Source of the DNA: Snowella sp.
GTDB taxonomy: Bacteria; Cyanobacteriota; Cyanobacteriia; Cyanobacteriales; Microcystaceae
Length of the DNA: 17,271 nt
Assembly (NCBI GenBank): GCA_035285545.1
Contig: JAYKGY010000008.1
Span: forward strand, 1 to 17,271
Reading direction: 5' to 3'
The translations under genes were made by a program, and so were the position numbers. The notes beneath the pieces are model-generated. The model did not search any database. It was not told the origin of the DNA and was given only the letters and a program-made list of their open reading frames with translations. Below, piece after piece: positions 1 through 8,134 of this stretch (position 1 is its first letter; each line of letters opens with the position of its first letter).

Positions 1-124
1 AGCGAGAACCTATAAAGAGCTAATTGATGGAGTGACATCGGCTATGTTAGAGGTTACTCAACAAGATATTCATAGTTGGTATACTCATTGTTGTTACTGT
101 ACCTCATAGATTAAAGAAACGCTA
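1..124 (+). mobile_element. IS630-family insertion sequence, right end (partial, continues beyond the left edge)
   Basis: A transposase C-terminus at 2..109 is followed by the end ...GATTAAAGAAACGCTA and then TA (125-126), the IS630 target dinucleotide. Confidence 0.8.
2..109 (+). CDS. IS630-family transposase, C-terminal fragment (5' truncated by window edge)
   Basis: Frame 2 reads ARTYKELIDGVTSAMLEVTQQDIHSWYTHCCYCTS*, matching the ARTY...W(F/Y)THCCY C-terminus of cyanobacterial IS630 transposases. Confidence 0.8.
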   Translation, partial: ARTYKELIDGVTSAMLEVTQQDIHSWYTHCCYCTS

Positions 125-175
125 TATTAACTATTAACTATTAACTATTAACTATTAACTATTAACTATTAACTA
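125..175. repeat. Tandem heptamer repeat (TATTAAC)x7, STRR-like
   Basis: Seven perfect units at 125-173 plus TA; the array overlaps the metF stop codon. Confidence 0.95.
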
Positions 176-1059
176 ATTGCTGGGATTCCTGCTAAATCCA
201 AAATTTTGGGAATCAACTCTTCCGTTTTAATGGCCATTAAATGCACGCCCTGACAAAGATCTTTTGCCATAACCACCTGTTCCGCCGCAATTTTCACCCC
301 TTCTTGAAGCGGATCAGAGGCAGCCGCTAAACGGTTGATAATCTCATCAGGAATATGAACCCCAGGAACATTTTTATTAATAAATTGAGCATTTTTAGCC
401 GACTTTAACAAGAAAATTCCCGCCAAAACGGGTTTATTGCACCCTGCGGCGATCTGGGTCATGAATTTATCGAGTCGTTCAAAATCGGTAATTAATTGAC
501 TTTGGAAAAATTGCGCTCCGGCATTCACTTTTCGTTCAAAACGACTTTGTAAACCTGACCAACTATCGGATTGCGGATCAACCGCCGCCCCTGCAAACAA
601 ATCTAAGGGTTCATCGGTTAAAGATTTATCATTATAGTCAAGTCCTGAATTCAGCTTTTGAATAAGTTGCAGCAAACGCACCGATTCTAAGTCAAAAACA
701 GGTTTCGCCTTAAGATGATCTCCCGCTTTAATGGGATCGCCTGTTAACGCCAAAATATTGCCAATTCCCAGGGCGTAGGCTCCCATCAGATCCGCTTGCA
801 AGGCAATTAAGTTGCGATCGCGGCAAGTTACCTGACAGATTGGCTCTATGCCATCATTTTTCAAAATTAAACAGGCAGCCAACGACGACATCCGCAAAAC
901 AGCACGGCTACCATCGGTAACATTCACCGCATGCACCCGTCCTTTAAGACCTTGTGAAACCGCTAACATCCGTTGAGGATTGCCACCTTTAGGAGGTGTG
1001 ACTTCTGCTGTGATTAAAAACTCTTGAGCCGCGATCGCCTGACGAAATTTGGTTAGCAT
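169..1059 (-). CDS. metF: Methylenetetrahydrofolate reductase
   Basis: Motifs AEVTPPKG, VNVTDG, CRDRN, LALTGDP and GAQFFQSQ of the MetF FAD-barrel family; 296 aa. Confidence 0.92.
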   Translation of the reverse strand: MLTKFRQAIAAQEFLITAEVTPPKGGNPQRMLAVSQGLKGRVHAVNVTDGSRAVLRMSSLAACLILKNDGIEPICQVTCRDRNLIALQADLMGAYALGIGNILALTGDPIKAGDHLKAKPVFDLESVRLLQLIQKLNSGLDYNDKSLTDEPLDLFAGAAVDPQSDSWSGLQSRFERKVNAGAQFFQSQLITDFERLDKFMTQIAAGCNKPVLAGIFLLKSAKNAQFINKNVPGVHIPDEIINRLAAASDPLQEGVKIAAEQVVMAKDLCQGVHLMAIKTEELIPKILDLAGIPAIS

Positions 1060-1118
1060 GTTTGCACTGGAATTGACATTAAATTGCTCGCTATTATAGT
1101 CGGAGGGGGGCGACAGGG

Positions 1119-2129
1119 TTACATTTTGGGTAAATACCCTAACGCATCTTTAACCCTGAGTAAGGTTTGATTAGCCACTGTCTCGGCTTTGTGTTGACCG
1201 TCTCGTAAAACGGATTGCAAATAGCCTTTATCATCCATGATGGACTGGTATTTATCCTGAATCGGTTTTAAGGATTCAATAACGGTATCGGTTAACAGGG
1301 GTTTAAATTGTCCCCAGCCCATGTCTTGGCATTCGGCGGCAACCTCAGCTTTAGTTTTGTTAGACAGGATGCTATACAACGTCAAGAGGTTATTGCATTC
1401 AGGGCGTTCTGGATCGTCAAAGACCAAACCTTTAATGGGATCGGTTTTACACTTTTTGATCTTTTTCTGAATGGCATCGGGCGGATCGAGGAGGTTAATG
1501 CGGCTCAGTTCCGATTCGTCGGATTTTGACATTTTTTTGGTGCCATCGGTCAAACTCATCACCCGTGCCCCTTCTTTCCGAATCAAAGGATCAGGCAATT
1601 TTAAAACGGGTTTTTCCTTACTGCCAAATTTGTCATTAATCCGAATAACAATATCTCGCGTTAATTCTAAATGTTGCTTTTGATCTTCCCCCACAGGTAC
1701 TTTATCGGCATCATAAAGCAAAATATCGGCTGCCATGAGGACGGGATAATCGAGCAAGCCCACACTCACGTTTTCTCCTTGTTTGATGGCTTTTTCCTTA
1801 TATTGGGTCATCCGTTCCAGCCAGTTCAAGGGGGTAATACAGTTGAGTAACCAAGCCAGTTCACTGTGGGCTGAGACATGGGATTGTACAAAGATGGTGG
1901 AATACTGCAAGTCGATACCACAGGCTAAATACAAAGCCGCGATCGCGTAGGTATCTTGGGCAAGGGTTTGGGGATTGTGGGGAACGGTGATGGCGTGTAG
2001 GTCTACAACACAAAAGAAATTATCATAATCCTGTTGATTGTCAACCCAATTGCGAATTGCGCCTAAATAATTGCCTAAATGTAAGTTACCAGTCGGTTGC
2101 ACCCCAGAGAGAATTCTTTGCTTACCCAT
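1119..2129 (-). CDS. trpS: Tryptophan--tRNA ligase
   Basis: SGVQPTGNLHLGNY (HIGH-like), VPVGEDQKQH and KMSKS motifs. Confidence 0.98.
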   Translation of the reverse strand: MGKQRILSGVQPTGNLHLGNYLGAIRNWVDNQQDYDNFFCVVDLHAITVPHNPQTLAQDTYAIAALYLACGIDLQYSTIFVQSHVSAHSELAWLLNCITPLNWLERMTQYKEKAIKQGENVSVGLLDYPVLMAADILLYDADKVPVGEDQKQHLELTRDIVIRINDKFGSKEKPVLKLPDPLIRKEGARVMSLTDGTKKMSKSDESELSRINLLDPPDAIQKKIKKCKTDPIKGLVFDDPERPECNNLLTLYSILSNKTKAEVAAECQDMGWGQFKPLLTDTVIESLKPIQDKYQSIMDDKGYLQSVLRDGQHKAETVANQTLLRVKDALGYLPKM

Positions 2130-2434
2130 GCGTTGATTGTGGTTAAATGAGCGTTTGGTTTAATTTTATAATTACTTAAGAACTTTCTGTTAAGTTTTCT
2201 TACAATCGACCGTTAGCTCACTCGCGATTCGCAATTATTTCTGAAAAGGGATAAAACAAGCAATTTATTATAACTTGGCGATTTATTTAAAGTAATGGTT
2301 GCTGATTACAATTGCACTTGACAATTGATTTGCTGCTTTAGATTCTCTGCTACTCTTGTACTTTAATCTTAATCAATACGTAACCCCTAACTTATCACAA
2401 CAGACGTGACTAACGCTTGGGATAATCTAATATT

Positions 2435-2680
2435 TAATATGCTCCGTTTTCTCCTTTGGAAAACTGGGTCAAACGCTTCAACTCAACTCATCCTGACTCG
2501 GATCCGTGATCCTTTAAATGATCTGTTCTTGATCAATTCACTCAAACAGGTGAACCAAGATTGGGAAATTTCAGTTTAAAATTTAATTTAGAGTGAGGTA
2601 CGAAATAAGCAGAACTTAATGCGATTTTCTCCTCGCACACGAAAAATCGATTGGGCCGTCCTTCGGGGCGGTTTTTTTTA
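2435..2680 (+). ncRNA. Putative intergenic small RNA (5' boundary approximate)
   Basis: A strong intrinsic terminator has no annotated + strand gene upstream. There is a -10-like GATAAT/TAATCT at 2421-2428 and two related hairpins carrying TTTTCTCCT...GAAAA (2444-2467, 2622-2649). Confidence 0.5.
2654..2679 (+). terminator. Rho-independent terminator with C(UUCG)G tetraloop
   Basis: GGCCGTCC-TTCG-GGGCGGTT stem running into a T8 tract (2672-2679). Confidence 0.9.
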
Positions 2681-2776
2681 ACTGGATGATTTCACCCTAT
2701 TGGGTGACCCTAATCGATCGCCGGTTCTGTTATTTTCAAAATAAGCCTCATTAAAAAGCCTATTGGCTAAAAGTCC

Positions 2777-3301
2777 ATGTTTTTTCCTTTTTCCGCCTCT
2801 GCTAAGTTTTTGCAATCTTCATTAGTGCTATGGGCAGCGATCGCGGATTTGAGTGTGCTAAACGTTAACATGGTAGCCGCCACTCCAGCTCGTCTCAGTT
2901 CTTCAATCCCTGCCGCCTCTTCCGTTGCTCTGGCGCAATTGCCAAAAACCTTTCCCTTCAAAGATGGAACCTATCTCTACGGACAATCTCCCCAAGCGGA
3001 GCAAATTGGTCAGGAATATCTAGTGTTTAAAGTAGAGTCGGGTAACGTCAGGGGAGCTTTTTATTTACCCCGCTCTGAATATAGCTGCTTTTCGGGAGAA
3101 TTAACGGCTAATCGTTTGAATTTGTTGGTTCGTGACCCCTATGATAATACTGTCTCTCCCTACGCGATCGCCCTTAGCCCCTCCGATCCCATCGCTAGCA
3201 ATACGCCCAATGTCGGCACCATCAATTTAGACGGTTATCATGCGATTCAACACCTCAGTGCCAATGATCATCGTATTTTAAATGATTGTTTGAAGGAATA
3301 G
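2777..3301 (+). CDS. Conserved cyanobacterial hypothetical protein, probably exported
   Basis: The hydrophobic/Ala-rich N-terminus resembles a signal region. The DGTYLYGQSP..EQIGQEYLVF...GAFYLPRSEYSCF block resembles cyanobacterial hypothetical proteins (from recall). Confidence 0.75.
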   Translation: MFFPFSASAKFLQSSLVLWAAIADLSVLNVNMVAATPARLSSSIPAASSVALAQLPKTFPFKDGTYLYGQSPQAEQIGQEYLVFKVESGNVRGAFYLPRSEYSCFSGELTANRLNLLVRDPYDNTVSPYAIALSPSDPIASNTPNVGTINLDGYHAIQHLSANDHRILNDCLKE

Positions 3302-3513
3302 GCTGTTTGGGAATAATGAATTGGATTAAGTCCGTCCTACTATTGATGAATTAGGTGAATAACGTCATCATTCAGTTGTCAATTAGGGAAGCAACGCTGA
3401 TAATAGCAAGCATCTTTTCTTAAAGCTTGAGCTAAAACGGTTATTTCTCTTAAGACTCAAACCGATTTTGTTATTTCATGATTTAATCCAATAGACGCTT
3501 TATCCCGAATTTC

Positions 3514-4635
3514 ATGTTCAATAAAAATACCATTTTTTTAATTCTATTGGTCTTTCTTCCCATCGCGATCGCTGCCCACTATTTGGCCTGGGGAGAAACC
3601 TTGGTTTTTATTACCGCCGCTTTAGCGATCATTCCTTTAGCCGCTTTTATGGGATTGGCCACAGAAGAAATTGCGGTTGTGGTTGGCCCAAATTTAGGAG
3701 GGTTGTTAAATGCCACTTTTGGTAATGCGACAGAATTAATTATCGCGCTGGTTGCCCTAAAAGCCGGTTTAATTGATGTGGTCAAAGCGACGTTAACTGG
3801 TTCAATTATTGGTAATTTGCTGTTAGTTATGGGGTTTGCCATGCTCTTAGGAGGATTACGCTACAAAGAGCAGGAGTTTCAACCGGCAGCGTCGAGAATG
3901 AATGCTTCAGTGATGAATTTAGCCGTTATCTCTATCCTTTTACCGACGGCTGTAGAATATACTTCAACCGGAATTGGAGAAGACAGTATTCAAAAATTAT
4001 CCGTTGCAGTCGCGATCGTTTTAATCGTCGTTTATGGGTTGTCCTTACTCTTTTCGATGAAAACCCATGCCTATCTCTACGATGTGGGTGTTGCTGAGTT
4101 GGAAGGAAATGAGACGGAATCTTCTGAAGCAGAACCGGAACACGCTAAACCGAATTTATGGCTCTGGGTGATTGTGTTGCTGGTGGTAACCCTGGGGGTC
4201 GCGATCGCCTCTGAATTATTAGTCGAATCCTTGGAAGTCGCTACCGAAAGCCTGGGGTTAAGCTCTTTGTTTACAGGGGTTATTTTATTACCCATTATTG
4301 GTAACGCCGCAGAACACGCCACTGCAATTACCGTTGCCATGAAAAACAAAATGGATTTATCGGTATCCGTGGTAATGGGATCGAGCCTACAGATTGCCTT
4401 TTTTGTCGCGCCTGTTTTGGTAATTGCGGGTTGGTTTATGGGTCAACCGATGGATCTCGATTTCAATCCCTTTGAATTGGTTGCCGTTGTAGTGGCGGTT
4501 TTGATCGTCAATTCCATTAGTAACGATGGCCGTTCCAACTGGTTAGAGGGAACTCTCCTCTTAGCCACTTATACCATTTTGGGTCTTGCCTTCTTCTTCC
4601 ATCCTGTTCTCGAAAATGCTGCAACCAAATTTTAA
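3514..4635 (+). CDS. cax: Calcium/proton antiporter (CaCA family, Cax/ChaA type)
   Basis: Alpha-repeat motifs GGLLNATFGNATE and IGNAAEH, many TM helices and an acidic central loop. Confidence 0.93.
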   Translation: MFNKNTIFLILLVFLPIAIAAHYLAWGETLVFITAALAIIPLAAFMGLATEEIAVVVGPNLGGLLNATFGNATELIIALVALKAGLIDVVKATLTGSIIGNLLLVMGFAMLLGGLRYKEQEFQPAASRMNASVMNLAVISILLPTAVEYTSTGIGEDSIQKLSVAVAIVLIVVYGLSLLFSMKTHAYLYDVGVAELEGNETESSEAEPEHAKPNLWLWVIVLLVVTLGVAIASELLVESLEVATESLGLSSLFTGVILLPIIGNAAEHATAITVAMKNKMDLSVSVVMGSSLQIAFFVAPVLVIAGWFMGQPMDLDFNPFELVAVVVAVLIVNSISNDGRSNWLEGTLLLATYTILGLAFFFHPVLENAATKF

Positions 4636-4810
4636 ACCCAGCGATTGCGTACTCTCTTCAACCTGCCTTCATTGTGAGGGGAAGGGATTTATTGAATTAC
4701 GAGATTGTTCAGGAGAAGTGCAACGAGAAGAGACTTGTACGTTTTGTAATGGAATAGGCAAAATTCCAAATAAAGGGGAAGACGCAACTGAGCAGTTTTA
4801 TCCCGATTAA
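4616..4810 (+). CDS. Small DnaJ-type zinc-finger (cysteine-rich) protein, ~64 aa
   Basis: Two exact CxxCxGxG motifs (CLHCEGKG, CTFCNGIG); the ATG at 4616 overlaps the cax 3' end by 20 nt. Confidence 0.75.
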   Translation: MLQPNFKPSDCVLSSTCLHCEGKGFIELRDCSGEVQREETCTFCNGIGKIPNKGEDATEQFYPD

Positions 4811-5217
4811 TGGATGTCTGAATGGGAGGAACAGGCTAAAAAGTCAATTGCCGCCGCTAGACGGGAGGGGTATTTTTGGGCAAAATCTTCAAACCATAGC
4901 CCTTCCCCTGAGAGTAGATCCAGAGAATCTAACCAGGCTTGGGCTTTTTCGGCGATCGCTTGTTGGCGTTTAGCCTGTTGTTCCTGTGCAAAATGCTGTA
5001 GGTCTGAATTTAAGGATTGGGGTTGTGTCGCTGGTTTCTTCGACAGATTTGGTGATTGGGTTGATAAATTACTACCGAGTTCTTGCAATAACGCATCTAG
5101 GGAAGTTAGCCGATTCGTTGTTGATGGCGGAGTCGTCTTCGCCTCTGGGTTTGGAGGAGGGGTTTCGCTTTGGTAGCGATCGCGTAGATCCTTCAAAATG
5201 GATTCTAAGGGTTCCAT
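4807..5217 (-). CDS. Hypothetical protein, likely Slr1339-family salt stress protein
   Basis: The C-terminal AQAWLDSLDLLSGEGLWFEDFAQKYPSRLAAAIDFL block resembles that family (from recall); the N-terminus is low-complexity and Pro/Thr/Ser-rich. Confidence 0.65.
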   Translation of the reverse strand: MEPLESILKDLRDRYQSETPPPNPEAKTTPPSTTNRLTSLDALLQELGSNLSTQSPNLSKKPATQPQSLNSDLQHFAQEQQAKRQQAIAEKAQAWLDSLDLLSGEGLWFEDFAQKYPSRLAAAIDFLACSSHSDIH

Positions 5218-5453
5218 AGGTAATACGACTTGGAAGGCTAGGAAATAGGCAAATGTCTTCTAGGGTGACTGATGTTGCTTTAAAAATCTTCTGTTATCTT
5301 TGCTTCTTAAATTTTATCATTAACAATTATCATGCACAATTATGAAATCCCCTGATGACTTGCCTTTCTCCCCCTTTGAGCTAGGTGGCATAAAACGTGA
5401 TAATCCTTGCGGTGTAAGTTTTTGAAGCAACGCTGTGAAGTCCCCAAGCATCT

Positions 5454-5468
5454 ATCAGAAAAATTAAT
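5454..5468 (+). promoter_or_regulatory. Candidate RbcR (LysR-type) binding box upstream of rbcL
   Basis: ATCAG-AAAAA-TTAAT is one mismatch from the ATTA(G/A)-N5-(C/T)TAAT motif reported for Synechocystis RbcR. Confidence 0.45.
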
Positions 5469-5541
5469 CAGATAGTCTCAAAATTGTAATCGAAAAATCC
5501 ATTGATAGAAGCGAATAGGTGTCATAAAGGATTCCTCTGCG

Positions 5542-5550
5542 TGATAAGAT
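5542..5550 (+). promoter_or_regulatory. Putative extended -10 element of the rbcLXS promoter
   Basis: TG-A-TAAGAT about 170 nt upstream of the rbcL ATG. Confidence 0.4.
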
Positions 5551-5721
5551 GTTAACTCGAAAAGCAGATAAGTCGAATTGACAGTGCGCTTAAAAGGCTT
5601 CTGGCAAACGAATTAATTTACTAAAATAACCGTTTCTCTGTGGTCAGCCTGGGCCATGCTCAGTTGCTATGCCGATAACAAAAAGAGAACTCTAAATGCC
5701 AATTTATGGAGGAATGACTCA

Positions 5722-7137
5722 ATGGTACAAGCTAAATCAGCAGGCTTTAAGGCTGGTGTACAAGATTACCGCCTAACCTACTACACTCCCGACTACACCC
5801 CCAAAGACACCGATCTTTTGGCCTGTTTCCGTTTTTCTCCCCAACCGGGTGTTCCTCCTGAAGAAGCGGCTGCGGCTGTTGCGGCTGAGTCTTCCACCGG
5901 AACTTGGACAACGGTTTGGACGGACGGATTAACTGACTTAGATCGTTATAAAGGTCGTTGTTATGATCTCGAAACCGTTCCTAACGAAGATAATCAATAT
6001 TTTGCTTTTATTGCCTATCCTTTAGATTTATTTGAAGAAGGTTCCGTAACCAATATTTTAACGTCCTTAGTGGGTAACGTTTTCGGATTTAAAGCTCTGC
6101 GTGCGTTACGTTTAGAAGATATCCGCGTTCCTGTTGCGTTAATCAAAACCTTCCAAGGGCCTCCTCACGGTATCTCCGTTGAGCGCGATAAATTAAACAA
6201 ATATGGTCGTCCTTTACTCGGTTGTACCATCAAACCCAAACTCGGTCTGTCAGCTAAAAACTACGGTCGTGCGGTTTATGAAGTCCTCCGGGGTGGTTTA
6301 GATTTCACCAAAGACGACGAAAACATTAACTCTCAGCCCTTCATGCGTTGGCGCGATCGCTTCTTATTTGTTCAAGAAGCTATTGAAAAAGCCCAAGCCG
6401 AAACCAACGAAGTTAAAGGTCACTACTTAAACGTTACCGCCGCAACCGCTGAAGAAGCACTCAAACGGGCTGCTTTTGCTGCTGAAATCAAAACCCCCAT
6501 CATCATGCATGACTTCTTAACGGGTGGTTTTACCATTAATACCTCCTTAGCGAAGTTCTGTCGTGACAATGGCCTATTGCTCCACATCCACCGAGCAATG
6601 CACGCGGTTATCGACCGTCAAAAAAATCACGGTATTCACTTCCGTGTTTTAGCAAAATGCTTACGTCTCTCTGGTGGTGACCACCTCCACTCTGGAACCG
6701 TTGTTGGTAAGTTGGAAGGGGAACGTGGTATCACGATGGGCTTCGTTGACCTCATGCGGGAAGACTATGTTGAAGAAGACCGCGCTCGTGGTATTTTCTT
6801 CACCCAAGATTATGCTTCCTTACCCGGAACCCTACCCGTTGCGTCTGGTGGTATCCACGTATGGCACATGCCTGCGCTGGTTGAAATCTTTGGTGACGAC
6901 TCCTGCTTACAGTTCGGTGGTGGTACTTTAGGCCATCCCTGGGGTAACGCGCCTGGTGCAACCGCTAACCGTGTTGCTCTCGAAGCTTGCGTTCAAGCCC
7001 GTAACGAAGGCCGTAACCTGGCTCGTGAAGGTAACGACGTTATCCGTGAAGCTTGCCGTTGGTCTCCTGAATTGGCCGCTGCTTGTGAACTGTGGAAAGA
7101 AATCAAGTTCGAGTTTGAAGCAATGGATACCCTCTAA
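5722..7137 (+). CDS. rbcL: RuBisCO large subunit, form IB
   Basis: [19 protein letters not shown] and [11 protein letters not shown] motifs. The likely start is ATG 5722 ([13 protein letters not shown]), with RBS GGAGG at 5708-5712, rather than the track's 5656. Confidence 0.99.
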   Translation: MVQAKSAGFKAGVQDYRLTYYTPDYTPKDTDLLACFRFSPQPGVPPEEAAAAVAAESSTGTWTTVWTDGLTDLDRYKGRCYDLETVPNEDNQYFAFIAYPLDLFEEGSVTNILTSLVGNVFGFKALRALRLEDIRVPVALIKTFQGPPHGISVERDKLNKYGRPLLGCTIKPKLGLSAKNYGRAVYEVLRGGLDFTKDDENINSQPFMRWRDRFLFVQEAIEKAQAETNEVKGHYLNVTAATAEEALKRAAFAAEIKTPIIMHDFLTGGFTINTSLAKFCRDNGLLLHIHRAMHAVIDRQKNHGIHFRVLAKCLRLSGGDHLHSGTVVGKLEGERGITMGFVDLMREDYVEEDRARGIFFTQDYASLPGTLPVASGGIHVWHMPALVEIFGDDSCLQFGGGTLGHPWGNAPGATANRVALEACVQARNEGRNLAREGNDVIREACRWSPELAAACELWKEIKFEFEAMDTL

Positions 7138-7258
7138 ATAGTTGGTAGTTGGTAGTTGATCAGGAAAAGTGAATAGTTGATAGTGAACAGTTATAACCTT
7201 AAAAAACTGGTAACTAATCCTACTAATCCTTACTATTAACTATTAACTAATCACTATT
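7138..7258. repeat. Degenerate inverted heptamer arrays in the rbcL-rbcX spacer
   Basis: The left arm has TAGTTGG,TAGTTGG,TAGTTGA...TAGTTGA,TAGTGAA; the right arm has TAACTAA/TAACTAT/TCACTAT units complementary to it when G-U pairs are allowed. Confidence 0.8.
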
Positions 7259-7275
7259 GAGATTGGGGAGTGTTC

Positions 7276-7683
7276 ATGCAGCCCAAACAAGTGGCCCAAG
7301 CAACGGCGAAGGTACTCCAAAGTTACTTGACCTATCAAGCGATTCGTACCATCATCGACGAATTATCCGAAACCAACCCCCCGCAAGCTATCTGGCTGAG
7401 TCATTACGTTGCCAACCATAATATTCAAGATGGGGAAGCGTTTTTAAACGAATTAATGACCGATAGCAAGGAATTGGTGCTTCGTATCCTCAAAGTGCGA
7501 GAACATCTAGCAGACAATGTATTAGATTTTTTGCCCGAAATGGTGCGAACAGGGATTAGTCAGGCCAACATTGAACACCAAAAACGTTTGCTGGAACGGC
7601 TCACCCAATCTTCCTCAGAGACTCCCCTTCATCCTGAGACCGCTGATTCAGAATTTGATCTGAATGATTCACCCGAACCGTAG
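7276..7683 (+). CDS. rbcX: RuBisCO assembly chaperone RbcX
   Basis: AKVLQSYLTYQA and LSETNPPQAIWL motifs; located between rbcL and rbcS; GGGGAG RBS precedes ATG 7276. Confidence 0.97.
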   Translation: MQPKQVAQATAKVLQSYLTYQAIRTIIDELSETNPPQAIWLSHYVANHNIQDGEAFLNELMTDSKELVLRILKVREHLADNVLDFLPEMVRTGISQANIEHQKRLLERLTQSSSETPLHPETADSEFDLNDSPEP

Positions 7684-7710
7684 TTTGTTATTCAACAGGT
7701 AATACAGAAC

Positions 7711-8052
7711 ATGAAAACTTTAGCTAAAGAGCGTCATTACGAAACCCTTTCCTACTTACCCCCCTTAACCGATCAACAAATTTCTAAACAAATCCAATTT
7801 TTGTTAGATCAAGGTTATATTCCTGCGGTTGAATTTGAAGAAAATCCCCAACCGATGGATCACTTCTGGACAATGTGGAAATTACCTTTGTTCAGCGCGA
7901 CCAACCCTCAGGAAGTTTTAGCTGAAGTTCGGGAATGCCGTTCTGAATATGCGAATTCCTACATTCGTGTTATCGGTTTTGACAACATCAAACAGTGCCA
8001 AACCGTTAGCTTTATCGTTCACAAACCCAACCAAGGTCAAGGCCGCTACTAA
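7711..8052 (+). CDS. rbcS: RuBisCO small subunit
   Basis: [24 protein letters not shown] and YIRVIGFDN motifs. Confidence 0.99.
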   Translation: MKTLAKERHYETLSYLPPLTDQQISKQIQFLLDQGYIPAVEFEENPQPMDHFWTMWKLPLFSATNPQEVLAEVRECRSEYANSYIRVIGFDNIKQCQTVSFIVHKPNQGQGRY

Positions 8053-8092
8053 GTCTTAAGCTTTGTAATTAATTTTAAGGAATTTAACGTTT

Positions 8093-8117
8093 AACCCGCC
8101 GCTTTGGTGGGTTTTTT
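8093..8117 (+). terminator. Rho-independent terminator of rbcLXS
   Basis: AACCCGCC-GCTTT-GGTGGGTT stem followed by a T run, 40 nt after the rbcS stop. Confidence 0.85.
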
Positions 8118-8134
8118 GTTGTGTTACTAAGCTT

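Noticed and set aside
125..175. Possible CRISPR array
   Set aside because: The 7-nt tandem units have no spacers and there are no cas genes in the window.
2620..2680. Identification as Yfr1
   Set aside because: The motif is TCTCCTCGCACAC rather than the invariant ACTCCTCACAC, and it lies in a loop rather than between two stems.
3388..5435. 12-mer GAAGCAACGCTG upstream of both cax (3388) and rbcL (5424)
   Set aside because: Several exact 12-mer matches are expected by chance in 17 kb, and the flanks are dissimilar.
5656..5721. 22-aa N-terminal extension of RbcL in the ORF track
   Set aside because: The GGAGG RBS and the canonical N-terminus point to ATG 5722.
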